A stretch of DNA of 64,000 bases from an uncultured delta proteobacterium (GCA_963767925.1 CAVYGB010000008.1:1408001-1472000), one strand, 5' to 3'; shown: positions 1 through 12,597, counted from the stretch's first letter. The notes: generated by a model not told the origin, from the letters alone. Translations and numbers: made by a program.

Positions 1-1738
1 CAACGAGGGCAAGAAGCCCCGCCGGGAAGCGCCGATCACGTTCAGCGAGCTCGAGGTCCCTCCCACCGTGACGCAGCGGCGGACCGATCTGCCCCCCGAG
101 GGGGCGCCCGACCTGTCCGAGCTCGAGCGCGAGCAAACCCAGGCCGAGGTGCGCCGCCTGCTCACCGAGACCGATCTCTTCGTCAAATACAGCCTGTGCG
201 AGCGGGCGGCCGAACACGTGCGCAAGGTGTTCGGGCTCAACCCGGAGCACACCGGCGCCCACGAACGCCTCATCGCGATCTTGATCCAGCTCGGCCGCCG
301 GGCCGAGGCCATCGAGGAGCTCGGGATCCTCGCCGATCGCTTGCTGGCCAGCGACAAGTTGGCGGCCGAGCGCCACCTGCGCCGCGCGCTCGAGCTCGAT
401 CCCCACGCGACCGGGGCCCGCCGCATGCTCGACCGGATGGAGGGGGACGCTTCGGAGCTCGACAGCTCGGAGCTGGAAGAGTCCCTCGAGCTCGAGCTGG
501 CCGACCCCCTGCCCGGGGCCGAGGAGAGCGCCCCCAGCGGCCCCATCGTGGATGCCACGGACTTCGAGGGGTTCCGCGTCCCGGATCGACCGGCCGCCCA
601 GCCGCCGATTCCCATCCAGGCCCAGGGGGACGCCGAGACGTCCTTCGACTGGGACAAGCAGCCCTCCGATGCCGGACCGAGCCCGATCACCTTCGAGCCC
701 ACGCCCCCACCGAGCACCGAGGATGAATTCGAGGGTAGCTTCGTCCCGGGCCTGGATCTGCGCCTGGGCCGGGACGAACCGGTCCGCGAAGCCCCCGAGC
801 CCGAACCGGAACCCGAGCTGCGCGCGCAGAGCGAGGTGCGCGACCTGTCGCCGGGCAGCTTCGACGAGTTCGAGGTGGACCTGGAGGCCGCGACGCCGAT
901 GCCGGGCGGGCCGGGCGCAGGCCCACCAGCCAGCGCCCCGCCCCCGACCTTCGAGGCCGCTCTCGATGACACCGTGCTCGGCGAGCTCGAGCAGGTCGAC
1001 TTCTTTCTGGACCAGCAACTCGGCGACGAGGCACGCAGCGTGCTCGACGAGATCGACCCGGCCTACGCCGACCACCCCGAGGTGGCGGCCCGGCGCCGCC
1101 GCCTGGCCGACCTCCCCGAGGCCCCGGCGGAGTTCGCGCCCCAGGTGGCGGTGGCCCCCGACGACGAGCTGAGCCTGGGCTCCCGGACCGGTGCGGTCCC
1201 GGGAGGACCTTTCGAGGACCTGTCCCGCGACGGCCGACGGGAGCCGAACATCACGCCCCGGGCAGTCGTCGCCTCCGGCGATGGCGACGCCACCACCCAG
1301 CGCGACCTGGGGATCGCCTACAAGGAGATGGGCCTCTTCGACGCGGCGGTGGCGGAGTTCGGCAAGCTCGTCGACGACCCGGAGCACGAGGTCTTCGCCC
1401 TCACGATGATGGGCGAGTGTTACGAATCGCGAGGCGCACCCGCCGAGGCGCTGCTGCACTACAAGAAGGCCCTCAACCGCCCCGGGGTCCGCGACGAGGA
1501 GGCGACCCAGCTCTACTACCAGCTCGGCCGGGTGTTCCACACCCTGGGCGACGAGAGCGAGGCCCTCTATTTCTTCGAGAAGGTCGCCCGCCGGTCCCCA
1601 AAACACGAGGACGTCGCCCAGCGGATCCAGACCCTCCGGGCCCAGGGGGTGGCGCCGCTGCCCGGCGCGAACGCGGCCAGCGGCGACGATCGCCCGCGCC
1701 TGGATGCGGCGCGGGGCGGAAACAGCAACCGGCGCTGA
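1..1738 (+). CDS. TPR-repeat protein, C-terminal part (SgmX-like / type IV pilus-associated); 5' end lies upstream of the window
   Basis: The frame is open from position 2. It has N-terminal TPRs, an acidic Pro-rich linker, and a C-terminal TPR block with DLGIAYKEMGLFDAAVAEF, a motif typical of deltaproteobacterial SgmX-like proteins. Confidence 0.75.
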   Translation, partial: NEGKKPRREAPITFSELEVPPTVTQRRTDLPPEGAPDLSELEREQTQAEVRRLLTETDLFVKYSLCERAAEHVRKVFGLNPEHTGAHERLIAILIQLGRRAEAIEELGILADRLLASDKLAAERHLRRALELDPHATGARRMLDRMEGDASELDSSELEESLELELADPLPGAEESAPSGPIVDATDFEGFRVPDRPAAQPPIPIQAQGDAETSFDWDKQPSDAGPSPITFEPTPPPSTEDEFEGSFVPGLDLRLGRDEPVREAPEPEPEPELRAQSEVRDLSPGSFDEFEVDLEAATPMPGGPGAGPPASAPPPTFEAALDDTVLGELEQVDFFLDQQLGDEARSVLDEIDPAYADHPEVAARRRRLADLPEAPAEFAPQVAVAPDDELSLGSRTGAVPGGPFEDLSRDGRREPNITPRAVVASGDGDATTQRDLGIAYKEMGLFDAAVAEFGKLVDDPEHEVFALTMMGECYESRGAPAEALLHYKKALNRPGVRDEEATQLYYQLGRVFHTLGDESEALYFFEKVARRSPKHEDVAQRIQTLRAQGVAPLPGANAASGDDRPRLDAARGGNSNRR

Positions 1739-1777
1739 TTCCGCCCAAAATTTGCCCCTCGGGATTATCTTCCGGGG

Positions 1778-2719
1778 GTGACGTCCCTCATCGACCGCGC
1801 CGCCGACTACTTTCGCGACCTGCAAGACCGCATCGTCGAGGCGCTCGAGCGGGTGGATGGCCACCGCTTCGGGGAGGACCGCTGGGAGCGAGCCGGGGGC
1901 GGCGGCGGCCGCAGCCGCGTGCTCAGCGAGGGGAGGGTGTTCGAGAAGGCCGGGGTCAACTTCTCGGACGTCCACGGCGAGCTGCGGCCGGACATGCCGG
2001 TCTCGATGCCCGGCAGCGGGACCCGCTTCCGGGCCTGCGGCGTCTCGCTGGTCCTGCACCCCCGCAGCCCTCATATCCCCACCGTCCACGCCAACTTCCG
2101 GCGGATCGAGCGGGGCCCGGCCGGCTGGTTCGGAGGGGGGTCCGACCTGACGCCCTACTACCTGACCGAGGCGGACGCCGTGCACTTCCACCGTACCCTG
2201 AAGGGCGCCTGCGATCGGCACGATCCCGGCTTGTTCCCGCGGTTCAAGGCCTGGTGCGACCGGTATTTCTTCATCCCTCACCGCGGCGAGTCGCGTGGCC
2301 TGGGGGGCGTCTTCTTCGACTACCTCGGTGCCGGCACCGAAGGACAGGCGGGCGAGAAGCTGTGGCCCGATTCGAGCGCGGTGGAGTCCGATTCCGAGCG
2401 CGCCTTCGCCTTCCTGAAGGACGTGGGGGAGGCCTTCTTGCCCGCGTATCTTCCCATCGTCGACCAGCACAAGCAGCGGGACTGGACCCCTGAGGAGCGC
2501 CGCTGGCAGCTCATCCGGCGGGGGCGTTACGTCGAGTTCAACCTGGTCTACGATCGGGGTACTGTCTTCGGGCTCAAGACCGACGGCCGGGTGGAATCCA
2601 TCCTCATGTCGCTGCCAAACGAAGCGCGCTGGGAGTATGCTCACGAGCCGGCCCCCGGGAGTCGGGAGGCGGCCATGCAAGCCGCGCTCAAGGCACAGCG
2701 AGATTGGGCGAACGGTTGA
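1778..2719 (+). CDS. hemF: Oxygen-dependent coproporphyrinogen III oxidase
   Basis: Motifs GGGGRSRVL, FEKAGVNFS, PTVHANFR, WFGGGSDLTP, RRGRYVEFNLVYDRGTVFGL and RVESILMSLP. Confidence 0.97.
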   Translation: MTSLIDRAADYFRDLQDRIVEALERVDGHRFGEDRWERAGGGGGRSRVLSEGRVFEKAGVNFSDVHGELRPDMPVSMPGSGTRFRACGVSLVLHPRSPHIPTVHANFRRIERGPAGWFGGGSDLTPYYLTEADAVHFHRTLKGACDRHDPGLFPRFKAWCDRYFFIPHRGESRGLGGVFFDYLGAGTEGQAGEKLWPDSSAVESDSERAFAFLKDVGEAFLPAYLPIVDQHKQRDWTPEERRWQLIRRGRYVEFNLVYDRGTVFGLKTDGRVESILMSLPNEARWEYAHEPAPGSREAAMQAALKAQRDWANG

Positions 2720-2780
2720 GCCTCGACCCGGGCTCCCGGGCGGGTCTCCCCGCATAGGCATACAATGAGGCGACAGGACC

Positions 2781-5700
2781 ATGTCGACGTCGACGCTTCG
2801 AGAGTATGAGCAGGCCCTGCAGACCGACCCGACGCTCACGGAGCCCTACCTGGCGCTCCGCAAGGCCTACGGTGAATCAAAGACCTGGGACAAGCTCATC
2901 ACCCTGTACGAGCTGCGGGCGCAGGCGCTCGAGGACGGCCCCAGGGCCAGCGAGCTGTTTTATCTGGCGGGCGAGATCCGGCTCGACCACATGGACGACC
3001 CGGAGGGCGCCGAGGCCGACCTGGCCCACGCCATCGACCGCGACCCCGAGAACCTGAAGGCCGCCCAGCGCCTCAAACACCTCTACCGGCAGCAGGCCCG
3101 CCACAGTGAATACATGGCGATGCTGGAGCTGGAGGCCGCGGCCCTGGCGCGCAGCCGGGACGCCGCCCGCATCGCCGACCTGGACCGCGAGCTGGGGCAG
3201 TTCTGCAAGGAGAGCCTCGGCAAGCTGGAGCGGGCGGCGACGCTGTCGACCTCCCAGCGCCAGGCCGAGGTGACGCCCGAGGCGCTCAAGCTGGTGGAGT
3301 CGGCGCGCAAGATCTACCGGGCCCTCGGCGACTTCCCCGCGGTGGTGAAGCTGTACGAGCTCGAGCTGGCCCTGACCTCGGAGGCCAAGCGGCGCAGCGA
3401 CCTCCTGCTGGGGCTGGGGCGGGTCCTGGGAGAGCGGCTCGGCGATCTGGAGGGGGCGGCCCAGCGGCTGGGAGAGGTGGTGCGGCTGCGCCCCCGGGAC
3501 GATCGGGCGCTCGAGGCCCTGGCGGCGGTGTACGCCAACCCGGCCTGGCTGGGGGCCGACGGCAAGGAGCAGGCGGCGACCATCTACCACCAGATCGCCC
3601 GCCGGCGCCACGAGGCCGGGGACCTGGAGAACGCCGTCTCGGCCCTCCGCAAGGCCCTGGCGGCGGTGCCCGGACACCCCCCCACCTCCGAGCTGATCGA
3701 ACACGTCCTCTACGGGGCGGCCCGCTTCGCCGATCTCGATCTCTACTACCGGGAACGGACGGCGGAGGCGCGCGACCTGGATGAGAAGATGGACTTTCTC
3801 TTCAAGCGGGCCCAGCTCGCCGAGGGCGATCGCAGCGATCCCGAAGAGGCCCTGCGCATCTACCAGGAGATCGCCGAGATGGAGCCGCCGGGGGGCCCCG
3901 CCTCGCAGCGGCTGGTCGAGCTCTACACGACGAAACAGGACTGGGCCCGGCTGGCCGAGCTCCGGGAGAAGCAGCTTCCTCACATCGAGGCGCCCGAGTT
4001 CCGCCTCACCGTCCTCACCGAGCTGGCCAAGCTCCACGGCGAGCGGCTCGGTGACGCCGAGCAGGCCGCGGTCTACTGGCACGCCGTCCTCAAGGAGAGC
4101 CCCACCCACCCCGAGGCGCTCGAGGCCTACGCCGAGCACTTCCGGCAGCGGGGCGACTGGCAGTCGCTGGTCGAGCTGCTGGACTTCTCCTTCGAGCACG
4201 CCCGGGGGGCCGGGCGTCCCCTGGCCGAGCTGCTCGAACGGCTGGAGGAGATCGCCGTCATCTCCGAGCGAAACCTGGGGGACAGCGACCGGGCCCTGCA
4301 AGCCTGGCAGCGGATGGAGGAGCTCGACGCCGGGCACGTGCGGGCCCGGGAGGCCCAGAAGCGGCTCCTGCAGAAGAACAAGCAGTGGGATCGGATGGCT
4401 GCCCTGCTCGAGCGGGAGGCCAACGCCGCCCCCGACGCCACCCAGAAGGTCGACAGCCTGCGACGGCTGTCGCGCGTCCTGCTCGAGAAGCTGAGCGACA
4501 GCGAGCGGGCGATCGGCGTCTACCGCCAGATCCTGGCCATCGAGCCCAGCGACTCGGTGGGGCTGCGGGCGCTGGCCGAGCTGTTCGAGCGGGAAGAGCG
4601 CTGGGCCGATCTGGCCGAGCTGCTGCGGGGGCAGGTCGAAGACACCCCGACCAAGCCGGAGAAGCTGGCCCTGCTGCGCCGGCTGCTCGGCCTCTATCAG
4701 GACCGGCTCACCGATCTCAGCGAAGGGTCCTGGGCGGCGGCCGAGATCCTCAAGCTGGCCCCGGGGGACCGGGAGGCGCTGGAACGGCTCGAGAGCATCC
4801 TCGAGCGGAGCGAAGATCCCGGGCGCCTGGTGGAGACGCTGGAGTACCACCTGCGCTACGTCACGGCGACCGACGAGAAGCTGCGCATGGTGCTGCGGAT
4901 CGCCGATCTCATCCAGAACCGCATCGGCGACGTCGAGCGGGCCACCCACTGGTGGGAGGAGATCCTCAAGCTGGCCCCCGGAGACGCGGCCGCCCTCGAC
5001 GCCCTGGCCGCCGCTTACCAGCAGCTCGGCCGCTCGGAGGAGCTGGCCCGGGTGCTGGAGACCCAGATCGCACAGCTCGGCCAGGACCCCACCGCCCGGG
5101 CGGCGGGCCTGCGGCGGCTGGCCCGGCTGGCGGGGCAGTCCCTCGCCGACCCCGACCGGGCCCAGCGGGCCTGGGAGGATCTGCTGCGGGCGACCCCCAG
5201 CGACAGCGAGGCGCTGGCCGCGCTCTCCGAGATCTACGCCAGCAACCGGGACTGGCGGGCGCTCGTCGCGATCCTCGAGCGGCGCATCCCCCTGGCCTCC
5301 GACAGCGAGGGGGCGGTGGCCCTGGCCCTCGAGCGGGCCCGCATCTTCGAGGAGGAGCTCGACATCCGCAGCGAGGCGATGGCCACCCTCGAGCAGGTCG
5401 TCGAGGAGATGGACCCCCGCTGCCTGCCGGCCTACGCCCGCCTGCGGCGGCTGGCCGAGGCCAGCTCGGATTGGGCCCGGGTGGTGGCGGTGGCCGAAAA
5501 GCAGCTCTTCCTCGAGGACGATCCCGCCGCCAAGGCCGGGCAGGCCCTCCAGATCGGCGAGCTGCTGCGGGATCGGCTCAACGACCCGCGCCGGGCCATC
5601 TCGGCCTACGAGCGGGCGGTCGAGATCGACCCCCAGAACCGGACCGGCCTGACCGCCCTGGCCGCCCTCTACGTCGAGGTCGGCGAGTGGCAGCGGCTCA

Positions 5701-8700
5701 TCGCCACCGACGAGAAGCTGCTCGAGCTGGCAGACCCCGACGACCGGACCACCCGCCATCGGCTGCTGCGGGAGATGGCCGACACGGCGGTGGCCAAGCT
5801 CGACGATCCCAAGCTGGGCTTCGACCTCTACCGCCGGGCCTACAGCGACGGGGGCGACGGCGGCAGCTTGAAGCGCCTGGAGGAGGTGGCGCGCGCCCAC
5901 GGCCTCTGGATCGACCTCGTGGAGGTGTACCAGGGGGCGCGAGCCCGAGCCACCCAGCCGGCCGACCAGGTGGCCATGTCCCTGAAGATCGCCGGCGTCT
6001 TCGAGACCGCCATGGGCAGCCCCGAACGCGCCTTCGACGTCCTGCGCGAGGCCCTCACGAGCGAGCCCCAGGGGCGGGCCCTTGTTGCCCGAGCTCGAGC
6101 GCCTGGCGGCGGCGGCGGACGAGTGGGCCGAGTTGCTCGACGTCTACGCCCAGGTGGCGCGCAGCCGGCCCGACCCGGCCGACAAGGTGGCGCTGCTGTG
6201 CAAGCGGGCCGCGGTCCACGAGCAGCACCAGCAGGACGCTTCCGCGGCCCTCGACGAGCACCTGCGGGCGCTGACCCTGGTGCCCGAAGACGAGACCGTG
6301 CGCGCGGAGATCGGCCGGCTGGCCGAGGCGACCGGACGCTGGGAAGACGCCATCGCCGTCGAGGCGCAGCGGTTCGCCCGGGCCACCGACTTCGACAGCA
6401 AGGTGGTGATCGCCTGCCGGGCCGCCGCGCTGGTCGAGGACAAGCTGAAGGACCGCCGGCGGGCCTTCCGGGCCTACCTCAACGCCTTCCGCCTGGCCCC
6501 CGAGAACCAGGGCATCGTGGCCCACCTGTGGCGGATCGCCTCGCTGCTGGAGCAGGACCGGGCCGCCGAGGACGCGGCGGCGGTCGAGCTGCCGGAGGAT
6601 CTGGTCGAGGAGGTCGAGGAGCTGGACGAGTCGGGGCGGCCCGGACGGGCCGGTCCAGCCAGCCTCTCGGCCTGGGCCGAGTTCGCCCAGGCCTACGAGC
6701 TGCTGCCCGCCACCGAGACGGCGGTCCGGCACCGCTACCTGCGGCGGGCGGCCGACGTCTGGGAGCGGGGAGCCAAGGACCTCCGCCGCTCGCTCGAGGC
6801 CCTCGAGCGGGCCTTCCGCTTCGACACCCGCAACGAGACCGTCCGGGGCGAGCTGCGCCGGATCGCCACCGAGCAGGACCGCTGGGAGGCCGTGTGCGCC
6901 ATCTTCGTGCGGGCGGCCGAGGTCTCGCCCCGCGAGGAGGCGGTGGCCCTGCACCACGACGTCGCCCGGTTCCACGAGGCGCTCGATCAGCACGAGCGGG
7001 CCGAGCAGAGTTATCAGTCGATCCTGCTGCTCAAGCCCGACGACAGCGCCGCCATGACCCGGCTCGAGGAGCTGTTCCGCAAGCAGGACCGCTGGGACGA
7101 TCTCGCCAGCTTGCTGGAGAAGCGGACAACCGGCTCGCTGCACCCGTTGCCTTCGGTCAGCACCCGGCGCCAGCGCATGCAGGAGCTGGCCGACCTCTAC
7201 GACCACCGCCTCGAGCGCCCCTACGAGGCCATCGACACCTACGAGCGGTTCGCCGACAGCACCGAGGAGGACGAGCGGGGCGCCGATCACCCGGACGTCG
7301 TGCGGGAAGCCTGCGACGCCCTCGAGGCGCTGGCCCGGCTGTACGCCCGGCTGGGGATGTGGCCCAAGGCGGTGAGCGCCCTCGAGCGACAGATCGACCT
7401 GGGCACTGAACGCGAGCGGCTGCGGGCCCTGCGCTGGCGCATCGGTGAGATGAAGGAGCGCGAGCTGGGGCTGCCCGACGAGGCCATCTCCTCGTACGAG
7501 GCCATCCTGGAGACCGCCCCCCACGACCTGGAGGCGCTCGCCGCCCTCGACCGGCTGCTCGACGCCCAGGGCCGCTACGAGCCCCTGCAGGAGATCCTCC
7601 GCCGGCGGGCCGAGCAGGCGCGCGGCTCGGACAAGATCGATCTCATCCGCCGGCGGGCCCGCATCCTCGAGGAGCGCCTGGGCAACGCCGACGCGGCGGC
7701 GGCCTGCCTGCGGGCCCTGGGCCCCGAGGCGGTCCGCGACGAGGAGACCGCGGCGGCCCTGCTGCGCAACCTGGGACGCGCTGGCCTGGCCCACGAGGCG
7801 CTCCGCCTGCTCGACCAGCGGATTGAATACCTGGTCAAGGATGGCGCCCCCGTCGACAAGGTGGCGGCGCTCCAGCTCGAGGCGGCGGCCCTGCGGCTCG
7901 ACCGGCTCGACGACGTGGACGGCGCCCGTCGCTCGATCGAGGCCGCGCTGGCCCTGCACCCAGAAAACCCCGGCGCGCTGGGCGCCCTGGCCCGGCTGCA
8001 CCTGCGGCGCAACGATTTCGCCTCCTACGCCAAGGCGCGGGCGCGCGAGGCCGAGGCCCGCCGCAGCGGCCCCGAGGCGGCAGAGGCCTGGCTGGAGGCC
8101 GGCCGGGTCCTCCGGGATCAGCTCGGCAAGCCGACCGACGCCCGCCGCTGCTTCGAGCGCGCCTCCGCCGCCGATCCCACCAACGCCTCGGCCCTGCGCG
8201 GCCTGGCCGCCTTGCTGACCGCAGAGGGGCAGCTCGGCGAGGCCCGCGCGGCCCTCGAGAAGCAGCTCGAGCTCATGGAGGAGCCGACCGCCAAGGCGGT
8301 GGTGCTCACCGACCTGGCCCGCAGCCTGTGGGAAAAGCCCGGCGACGCCGAGGCGGCCATCGCCCGCCTCGACCAGGCCCTCGAGCTGGCCCCCGACTAC
8401 CTGCCCGCCGTGGTCACCATGGCCGACGTGTATTACCGGGAGCAGCAGTGGGCCGAGGCCGAGCGCCGGCTGCTGCAGGCGGTGCGCCGCATGAAGGGCC
8501 AGCCCGGAGAGATGGCCCAGCTCTACCACCGCCTCGGGGAGGTCTACGAGAAGCTCGGCCGCCTCGACGAGGGGTACCGCCACCTGCAGGAGGCCGAGCG
8601 GATGATGCCCGGCCAGCTCCTGATCCGGCTGGCCATGGGCGAGAACCGCTTCCAGGCCAAGAAGTGGCGGGAGGCGACCGCCTACCTGCAAGAGCTGGCC

Positions 8701-10625
8701 GGTCACGCCGACGCCCACAAGTATCCGCTCGAGGTGGCCGAGGGGCTGGCCCACGCCGGCGAGGCGGAGGTGCGGCTCAAGCGGCCCGAGCGGGCCATGT
8801 TGCTTTACCAGGCGGCCCTGCGCCTGGTGCCCGATCACCACCCCTCGCTGCGGGCGATGGCCGATCTCGCCCTCGAGCGGGGCGAGCAGATCCAGGCCGC
8901 CCTGTACCTGCGGCGCCTGGCCGAGGGCTCGGGCGACAGGTCGGAGCGGGCCCGCCTGTTCGAGCAGCTCGGCGACGTGCTGGCGGCGGGCGGCGACAGC
9001 GAGGGGAGCTTGCGGGCCTACGAGGACGCGGTGGGGCTGCTCGATCCCCCGAGCGAGAGCGACATCCCCCTGCTCGACAAGGCGCTCTCCCTGCAGCGGG
9101 CAGCCGGCGCCGCCAAGGCCGCCGCCGTCACAACCCAGCGCCTGCTCACCTTGCTAAAGATCCCAAGGAGCGGGCCGCGCGCCGGCGCGAGGCGGCCGTG
9201 CTGCTCGAGGCCAGCGGCGAGCACGGCCAGGCCGGCGAGCTGCTCGAGCAGGCCCTCGCCGAGAACCCCAAGGACGAGGCGGTCCTGGCCGCCGTGGCCG
9301 CCGCCTACGAGCGGGCCAAGCGGCGCAACGAGCTCGAGCAGGTGCTGTCGTCGACCTTGCCCTACCTCGAGCCGGTGGCCGATGACCCGCGGGCGCGCAG
9401 CCGGCGGGCCGGCCTGTGGGAGAAGCTGGGAGAGCTGCGCCGCCGCAGCCACGACACGCGCAGCGCCATCGAGGCGGTGGAGAACGCCGTCGGCATCGAG
9501 CACGACCGGGTGAGCGCCCGCGTCCTGCTGGCCGGCCTGTACGCAGACAAGAGCGACTATGCCGACGCGGCCCTGGTCAATCGGCGCAAGCTGGTGGCCG
9601 CCGACGTTACCCAGGCCGAGTCGCTGCGCCTGCTGGGCCGGTCCTATGCCGGCCTGGGTCGCATCGACTGGGCCCGCTGCTTCTTCGAGGTGCTCGAGCT
9701 GTTCGGCCTCACCGAGAAGAAGGATCGCTCCTTCCTGGCCGCCCACCCCCCGCCCATTCGCAAGCCCGAGGACCCCTACGCCGCCAGCCTCGAGGAGGCC
9801 GACCGGACCCGCTACCTGGCCCACCCCGAGACGCGGGGGATGAGCGAGGTGTTCGCGGCGATCTGGGAAGGCGTCCCCGGGGTAGGGGGCCCCTCGGTCG
9901 AGGGGCTCGGCCTCACCCCCCTCGACAAGGTCTCACCCATCTCCGACGTCGTGATCGCCCAGATCTTCTCCCAGGTCTCCAAGGCGCTCGGCAACCGGCG
10001 GGCGAGCCTGTACGTCAGCCCCCAGGCGGGGGTGACCGGCCTGCGGGTGGTGGTGCCGCCGCCACCGGCCATCGTGGTGGGCCAGCAGCTCGTCGACGGT
10101 GACCCGAGCGAGCTGCGCTTCCTGATCGGACGGGCCCTCGAGTTCACCCGGGCCGAATACATCCTCGGCGCCGCCATGCCCGGCCCCGAGTTCAACCAGC
10201 TCTTCGCCACCGTGCTGCGGGCCTTCCACCCCCGCCACTCCCGCTGGCGCGCCGGCGACGCCAGCGGCGCCAACGAGCAGGCCGCCAAGCTGAAGAAGGC
10301 CCTCCCGTACAAGGTGTCCAAGCGGCTGGCCGAGCTGTTCCAGGAGCACGAGAACCGCCCCTTCAGCTCGGCCCGCTGGCGCGCCGTGGTCCACGAGACC
10401 GGCAATCGGGCCGGCCTTCTGACCTGCGGAGACCTCGCCACCGCCGCCCGGGTGGTCCTCCGGGAGACCACCCCCGACCGCCTCGAGCTCGGCCCCGACG
10501 TCTTCCTCGAACACGCCGCCCAGCCCGGCCCCCTGCGCGACCTGATCCGCTACGCCCTGAGCGAGGACTACTTCATCCTGAGGGAGGTCCTCGGCACCAG
10601 CGTGACCAGCGCCAAGGCCGCCTGA
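2781..10625 (+). CDS. Giant TPR-repeat protein (AgmK-like, ~2,614 aa if restored), interrupted by frameshifts near 6082 and 9152
   Basis: TPR-like helical sequence runs through ORF 2781 to ~6080, continues in ORF 6082 to ~9150, then in the frame of ORF 8328 to the stop at 10625. The C-terminal region (ELRFLIGRALE...NRAGLLTCGDL) resembles that of myxobacterial giant TPR proteins. Confidence 0.85.
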
Positions 10626-10629
10626 TCCG

Positions 10630-10658
10630 TTGACACCTCGTCCGGCGACGTCTATAAG
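10630..10658 (+). promoter_or_regulatory. sigma70-type promoter of tRNA-Leu
   Basis: TTGACA (10630-10635), 17-bp spacer, TATAAG (10653-10658), 12 bp upstream of the tRNA. Confidence 0.75.
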
Positions 10659-10670
10659 CCCTTGCTCCCC

Positions 10671-10754
10671 GCGAGGATGGCGGAACTTGGTAGACGCACT
10701 AGCTTGAGGTGCTAGCGGTTAACAGCCATGGGGGTTCGAGTCCCCCTCCTCGCA
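10671..10754 (+). tRNA. tRNA-Leu (anticodon GAG); CCA not encoded
   Basis: Acceptor stem GCGAGGA/TCCTCGC+A, D-loop TGGTAGA, anticodon arm CTAGC-TTGAGGT-GCTAG, long variable arm, T arm GGGGG-TTCGAGT-CCCCC. Confidence 0.97.
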
Positions 10755-10867
10755 CAGCGGCGAAAATCACTAGAGAACCCCGGAACGACCTCACCGACGG
10801 CCTCGCTGCTCCTCCGTCCGCCAGTCACCTTGCAGGTGAGACCGGGCCGGCGATGGATGCGCGCCTT

Positions 10868-11385
10868 TCAGGCGGCCGTGGAGCTCGTGCCGCCCGGGCG
10901 AGTTAGCGGGTTCGGCGGCTCGGTCGGTTGACGTCGGGCGAACCGGCGGGCGAGCCAGTCATCTACCGCAGGGGGCCCGGGGCTTCGGATGGCGATGACC
11001 AGGAACATGACGAGGTAGCTCCACTCCTCGAGGGCGAGGAGGTCGATGATGCCCTCCACGTCGCCGAGCCTGGCGGTCACGATGGCTACCAGCATGGTGA
11101 AGGCGAGGGGTAGGGCGGCCAGACGGGCGGCGAGGCCGATCAGGATCGCGACGCCGCCGGCGAGCCCGGTGCCGATGCGATGCGGGCGTTCAGAGCTGGC
11201 ATCGGGATGTGCAGGCTGGTGAGGAGCTCGGTCACGTCGTCGAGCGTGTTGAGCTTTCCCCAGCCGGTGCGGATGAACACCAGGCCGACGGTCAGGCGGA
11301 TGACGGCGGGGGCCAGGACCGAGAGCCGTTCGGTGAAGGAGAGAAGCCGCGTGCGGAGGTGGTCGATGCGGGATCCGCCGGTCAT
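10868..11385 (-). pseudogene. DoxX family membrane protein, frameshifted near 11175
   Basis: The N-half RLTVGLVFIRTGWGKL (ORF 11140-11385) and the C-half GGVAILIGLAARLAALPLAFTMLVAI...GP (ORF ending 10868) are in different frames. Confidence 0.75.
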
Positions 11386-11639
11386 GTTGTGGCCTCGTTT
11401 GTGGCGGGGGCAGTGTACTCCCGGGGGGCTCTGCAGCCTGGAGGGGGGACGCCCCGTCCGACAACGGCCACGGTCGCCAGAAGCGGGAGTGCTGATCCGC
11501 CCCCGCCGGGCGACGTGTTCGCGGCGCTGGTCGACCCGGACATCACCCCGAACTTCTCCACCGCAAGGCCGAGACTGCTTCGCGTCACGACGCGCATGGA
11601 GGCGAGCCCGGATAATTCCCCCCGGCCGTCTCCGACGCC

Positions 11640-12597
11640 ACCTATCCAGTGGTCCAGTACTGGCCGGAGTTCGGCGCTGCCGGAAAGGAGCAAATCCCCG
11701 TGCGCTGGCTGCTCTCGCACCAGGCCGGCCTGCCGATCGTCGACGGTCCCCTGACCTTCGAGGACGCCTGCGCCTGGCATCCGGTCATCAGGGCGACTCG
11801 AGGCGCAGAAGCCGCTGTGGAAGCCGGGCACGGAGCACCTCTACCACGGCATGACCTTCGGGTTCCTGGTCGGGGAGTGGTGCGGCGGATCAGCGGCAAG
11901 TCGCTCGGCACCTTCTTCGCCGACGAGGTCGCTGCCCCGCTCGGGCTGAGCGCCTGGATCGGGCTGCCCGAGGCGCAAGAGGGCCGGGTGGCCCGGGTCG
12001 ACGTACGCGGCACCGCTCTCGCTGGAGGAGATGACCGCCGGGATGATCGAGACCACCGGCCTCGACCGGGACACGGTCATCGCCTGGATGAGCGCGGTGT
12101 GGGGCCCGGACTCCGTGCAAATCCGCGCCGGCGATCTCGGCGGCGCCTTCGATCACACCAGCGGCTACATGAACACGCGCGCCTTCCGCGCGGCTGAGTT
12201 CCCCTTCGGCAACATGTTCACGGACGCTCGATCGCTGGCGCGGATGTATGCGGCCACGGTGAGCGAGGTCGACGGCGTGCGGCTGCTGAATCCGGCGACG
12301 GTCGAGAAGATGACCGTCGTCCAGACCGACAGGACGAAGATGAACGGTCTGCCGCCAGGTCTGGTCGTTCCGGCCAACCGCTCCTTCTACATGTCGCTCG
12401 GGTTCTGGCGGGCTTGCCCGCCGATGCCCTGGACCGGGCCCGCGTCGTTCGGCCACCCCGGCTCCGGCGGATCGGTCGGCTTCGCCGACCCCGATGCCGG
12501 TGTCGGCTTCGGCTACGTCATGAACCTCTGGTCCTTCCGGATCGGCGAGCCGCGCGCGTCGAACCTGGCCACGGCGGTCGCGGCCTGCCTCCGGTGA
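11640..12597 (+). pseudogene. Serine hydrolase / beta-lactamase family (EstA-like), 5'-truncated with several frameshifts
   Basis: VVQYWPEFGAAGKEQI, LLSHQAGLP, HLYHGMTFGFLVGE (shifted frame) and FGHPGSGGSVGFADPD are present. The SxxK-bearing N-terminus is absent. Frame changes occur near 11795, 11878 and 12010. Confidence 0.8.

Noticed and set aside
6090..7409. Arg/Gly/Pro-rich C-terminal part of ORF 2781-7409
   Set aside because: Out-of-frame read-through after the frameshift; the real sequence continues in ORF 6082.
2877..8841. Long antisense ORFs (2877-5900 and 6055-8841; likewise 20494-23886, 51494-55078 and 57673-60522)
   Set aside because: Shadow ORFs opposite well-supported genes, expected in very GC-rich DNA with few stop codons; no motifs.
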